DNA from: an uncultured cyanobacterium
Lineage (GTDB): Bacteria > Cyanobacteriota > Cyanobacteriia > Cyanobacteriales > CAWUOF01
Reading direction: 5' to 3'
Assembly (NCBI GenBank): GCA_963744145.1
Contig: CAVUSO010000001.1
Span: 640,001-704,000 of the forward strand
Length of the DNA stretch: 64,000 nucleotides
The notes below the pieces were generated by a model. It did no database searches, was not told the origin of the DNA, and saw only the letters and a list, made by a program, of their open reading frames with translations. Shown piece after piece: positions 62,221 to 64,000 of the stretch. The position numbers were made by a program, and so were the translations under genes. Within the stretch, counting starts at the first letter, position 1. Each line of letters begins with the position of its first letter.

Positions 62221-62508
62221 TCCTAATTTCTGGCAAAGCTGGTTTAACAAGCAATACATTTAGAATTATTCTAGCGTTGCACGCACTGAATATGTCAACC
62301 ATTAGACAAACACATGATTGCTATAGGATAGCGATCGCCCACAGCTACTCCTGGTGGTAGCATTTGATCTATATATGCCAATTCATCTGTTGTCAGTTCT
62401 ATGTCAACACTTTTGACATTTCATTGCTGCAAACCAAAGATACCCGATTTCTAGGATTACTCAATTGTTGTTCTCATCATCTATTTTAGAGCAACTTACT
62501 AAGATTTC

Positions 62509-63020
62509 TCAGGTTTTAGCAGCCATACTCACTTTTTCCTTTCGCCATTTTTCTGCACTTTGTTTAACCGCTTCTATTTCCTCAAAATCTACCCGGATCA
62601 CAGCCGTTTCAAATTCTACACCCAAAACTGTGCTAACTTCGAGTATTTCTACAAAACTTGCACATTGGTAATCTGTATCCTCATACTGCCTAACTTGCTT
62701 TTCTTCAATTCCTAGTATCTGAGCTAGTTCTTGCTGACTGATTTTGGCTGCTATCCTAGCTTTAATTAAAGCATCTGGCAACTTATTTATGCTCTCAACT
62801 TTAATGTGAATTGGCTGAGTTGTATCACAATTAATCATTTTTTATATTCAGCAATTTCTGACTTTAATTCGTCAACTTGACTTTGATACGAGTCTCGATG
62901 AAGTTGCCAACGCAGTTGGTCAGCTTTCAAGTTTTCATTATTATCTAATTCCGCTACAGACTTTTCAAATCGCTGTAACCAATCTAAAGAGTTCTGGTAT
63001 TGTTGCTCATTTTTTATCAT
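62509..63020 (-). CDS. XRE-HTH antitoxin-like protein; one-base deletion near 62840 splits it
   Basis: MIKNEQQYQ N-terminus plus LIKARIAAKISQQELA..LG....QV.QYE HTH. Confidence 0.78.
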
Positions 63021-63187
63021 GGGTCCCACCTTTGTAAATCTATTGCAATAATTCCTTTGCGTGTATTTTTCATTGGATCAAATTGAAAAAAGTCTATGTA
63101 AGTTATACCCGCGTCATTAGCTGGGTAATTGGATGGAAAAAACTCCCCCCTGTATTTATTTTTTTGTTCCCCAAGTCGCAGACCCCG
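63017..63187 (-). pseudogene. 3' remnant of a putative nucleotidyltransferase-like toxin gene (DUF6932-like)
   Basis: LRLGEQKNKYRGEFFPSNYPA...YIDFFQFD...KGIIAIDL..WDP*; ATGA overlap with the HTH gene; no start codon or N-terminus. Confidence 0.55.
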
Positions 63188-63197
63188 TTAGCTAGAC

Positions 63198-64000
63198 CTA
63201 TCTATGATGAATAGGTATCTCGATCGCTATCTCCGTGCCCTTTCCAATGGTTGAATTACAGGTTAATTGACCGTCATGTTTTTTGATAATAGCATAGCTG
63301 ACTGATAAACCTAACCCTGTGCCACTTCCCACAGCTTTAGTGGTAAAGAATGGATCAAATATACGGGATTGAATCTCTGGAGGAATACCCATCCCATTAT
63401 CCGCGATCGCAATTCTGACTCGGTCTTTTCCGATTACCTCAGTCTGAATCCGAATTAACGGATCTTTACCAGGTTGACTAATTTCTTCGATCGCATCAAT
63501 CCCATTACTGATAATATTTAGAAATACTTGATTTAACTGACTAGCATAACAAGTGACATTCGGCAAGTCTCCATACTCTTTAATAACTTGGATTGCTGGT
63601 CGTCCACCATCGCGGTTTAAGCGGTTTTGTAAAATTAGTAAAGTGCTATCAATCCCGGAATGTAAATCTACCTCTTTCATCTCCGATTCATCTAAGCGGG
63701 AAAAATTTCGCAAACTCAGGATAATTTGGCTAATGCGATCGCTTCCTGCTTTCATTGATTGAAGAATATTAGTTGCATCTGACCAGATAAATTCGAGTTC
63801 AATTTCTTGGATTTTGGCTTGAATTACTGGATTGGTTTCTGGATATTCCTGCTGATAAAGCTCTAGTAAACTTAGCAAATTCTTGATATAATTTTCCGTA
63901 TGTTTAATATTCCCACTAATAAACGTCACTGGATTGTTAATTTCATGAGCTATCCCCGCTACCAATTGACCCAAAGATGACATCTTCTCACTCTGAATTA
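63198..64000 (-). CDS. Sensor histidine kinase, C-terminal part; begins beyond the window
   Basis: QSEKMSSLGQLVAGIAHEINNP, QLNQVFLN, DNGMGI, FDPFFTTK, GTGLGL. Confidence 0.93.
   Translation of the reverse strand, partial: IQSEKMSSLGQLVAGIAHEINNPVTFISGNIKHTENYIKNLLSLLELYQQEYPETNPVIQAKIQEIELEFIWSDATNILQSMKAGSDRISQIILSLRNFSRLDESEMKEVDLHSGIDSTLLILQNRLNRDGGRPAIQVIKEYGDLPNVTCYASQLNQVFLNIISNGIDAIEEISQPGKDPLIRIQTEVIGKDRVRIAIADNGMGIPPEIQSRIFDPFFTTKAVGSGTGLGLSVSYAIIKKHDGQLTCNSTIGKGTEIAIEIPIHHR

Larger units (their letters stand above)
875..63742. repeat. HIP1 octamer GCGATCGC dispersed through the window
   Basis: Dozens of copies in coding and intergenic DNA (e.g. 875-882, 63735-63742); hallmark of many cyanobacteria. 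Confidence 0.95.

Overview
Cyanobacterial chromosome segment, judged from abundant HIP1 GCGATCGC octamers, psaM, ndhF1/ndhD1, rbcR/ycf30, trxC and a Yfr2-type RNA. Core genes (serA, prmA, psaM, cofH, ndhF1-ndhD1, trxC, NnrU/Z-ISO, rbcR, cbiG-cobJ) alternate with accessory loci. These are: a TPR/CHAT-type + DUF928 + filamentous-haemagglutinin module; an ECF sigma/anti-sigma/Spy/DUF1800/DUF1501 cluster with two identical GAACTT-N16-GTCTAA promoters; an HTH-NACHT gene facing a stand-alone IS630-like HTH; an HPPD next to an A-T-TE NRPS whose A domain lacks the amino-binding Asp; a histidine-phosphatase/transporter fusion; and, at 58.4-63.2 kb, a probable defence hotspot. The hotspot holds a ParA-HEPN pair, a CARF-like-HEPN-mCpol gene cut by one in-frame TGA and a toxin-antitoxin remnant; the first two cassettes are each preceded by a copy of a ~150-bp repeat. 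Intergenic DNA holds REP-like palindromes, MITEs and a self-nesting 24-nt element. About nine single-base frameshifts, nearly all +1 insertions, look like sequencing/assembly errors. Domain calls come from motifs read by eye; no database searches were run.
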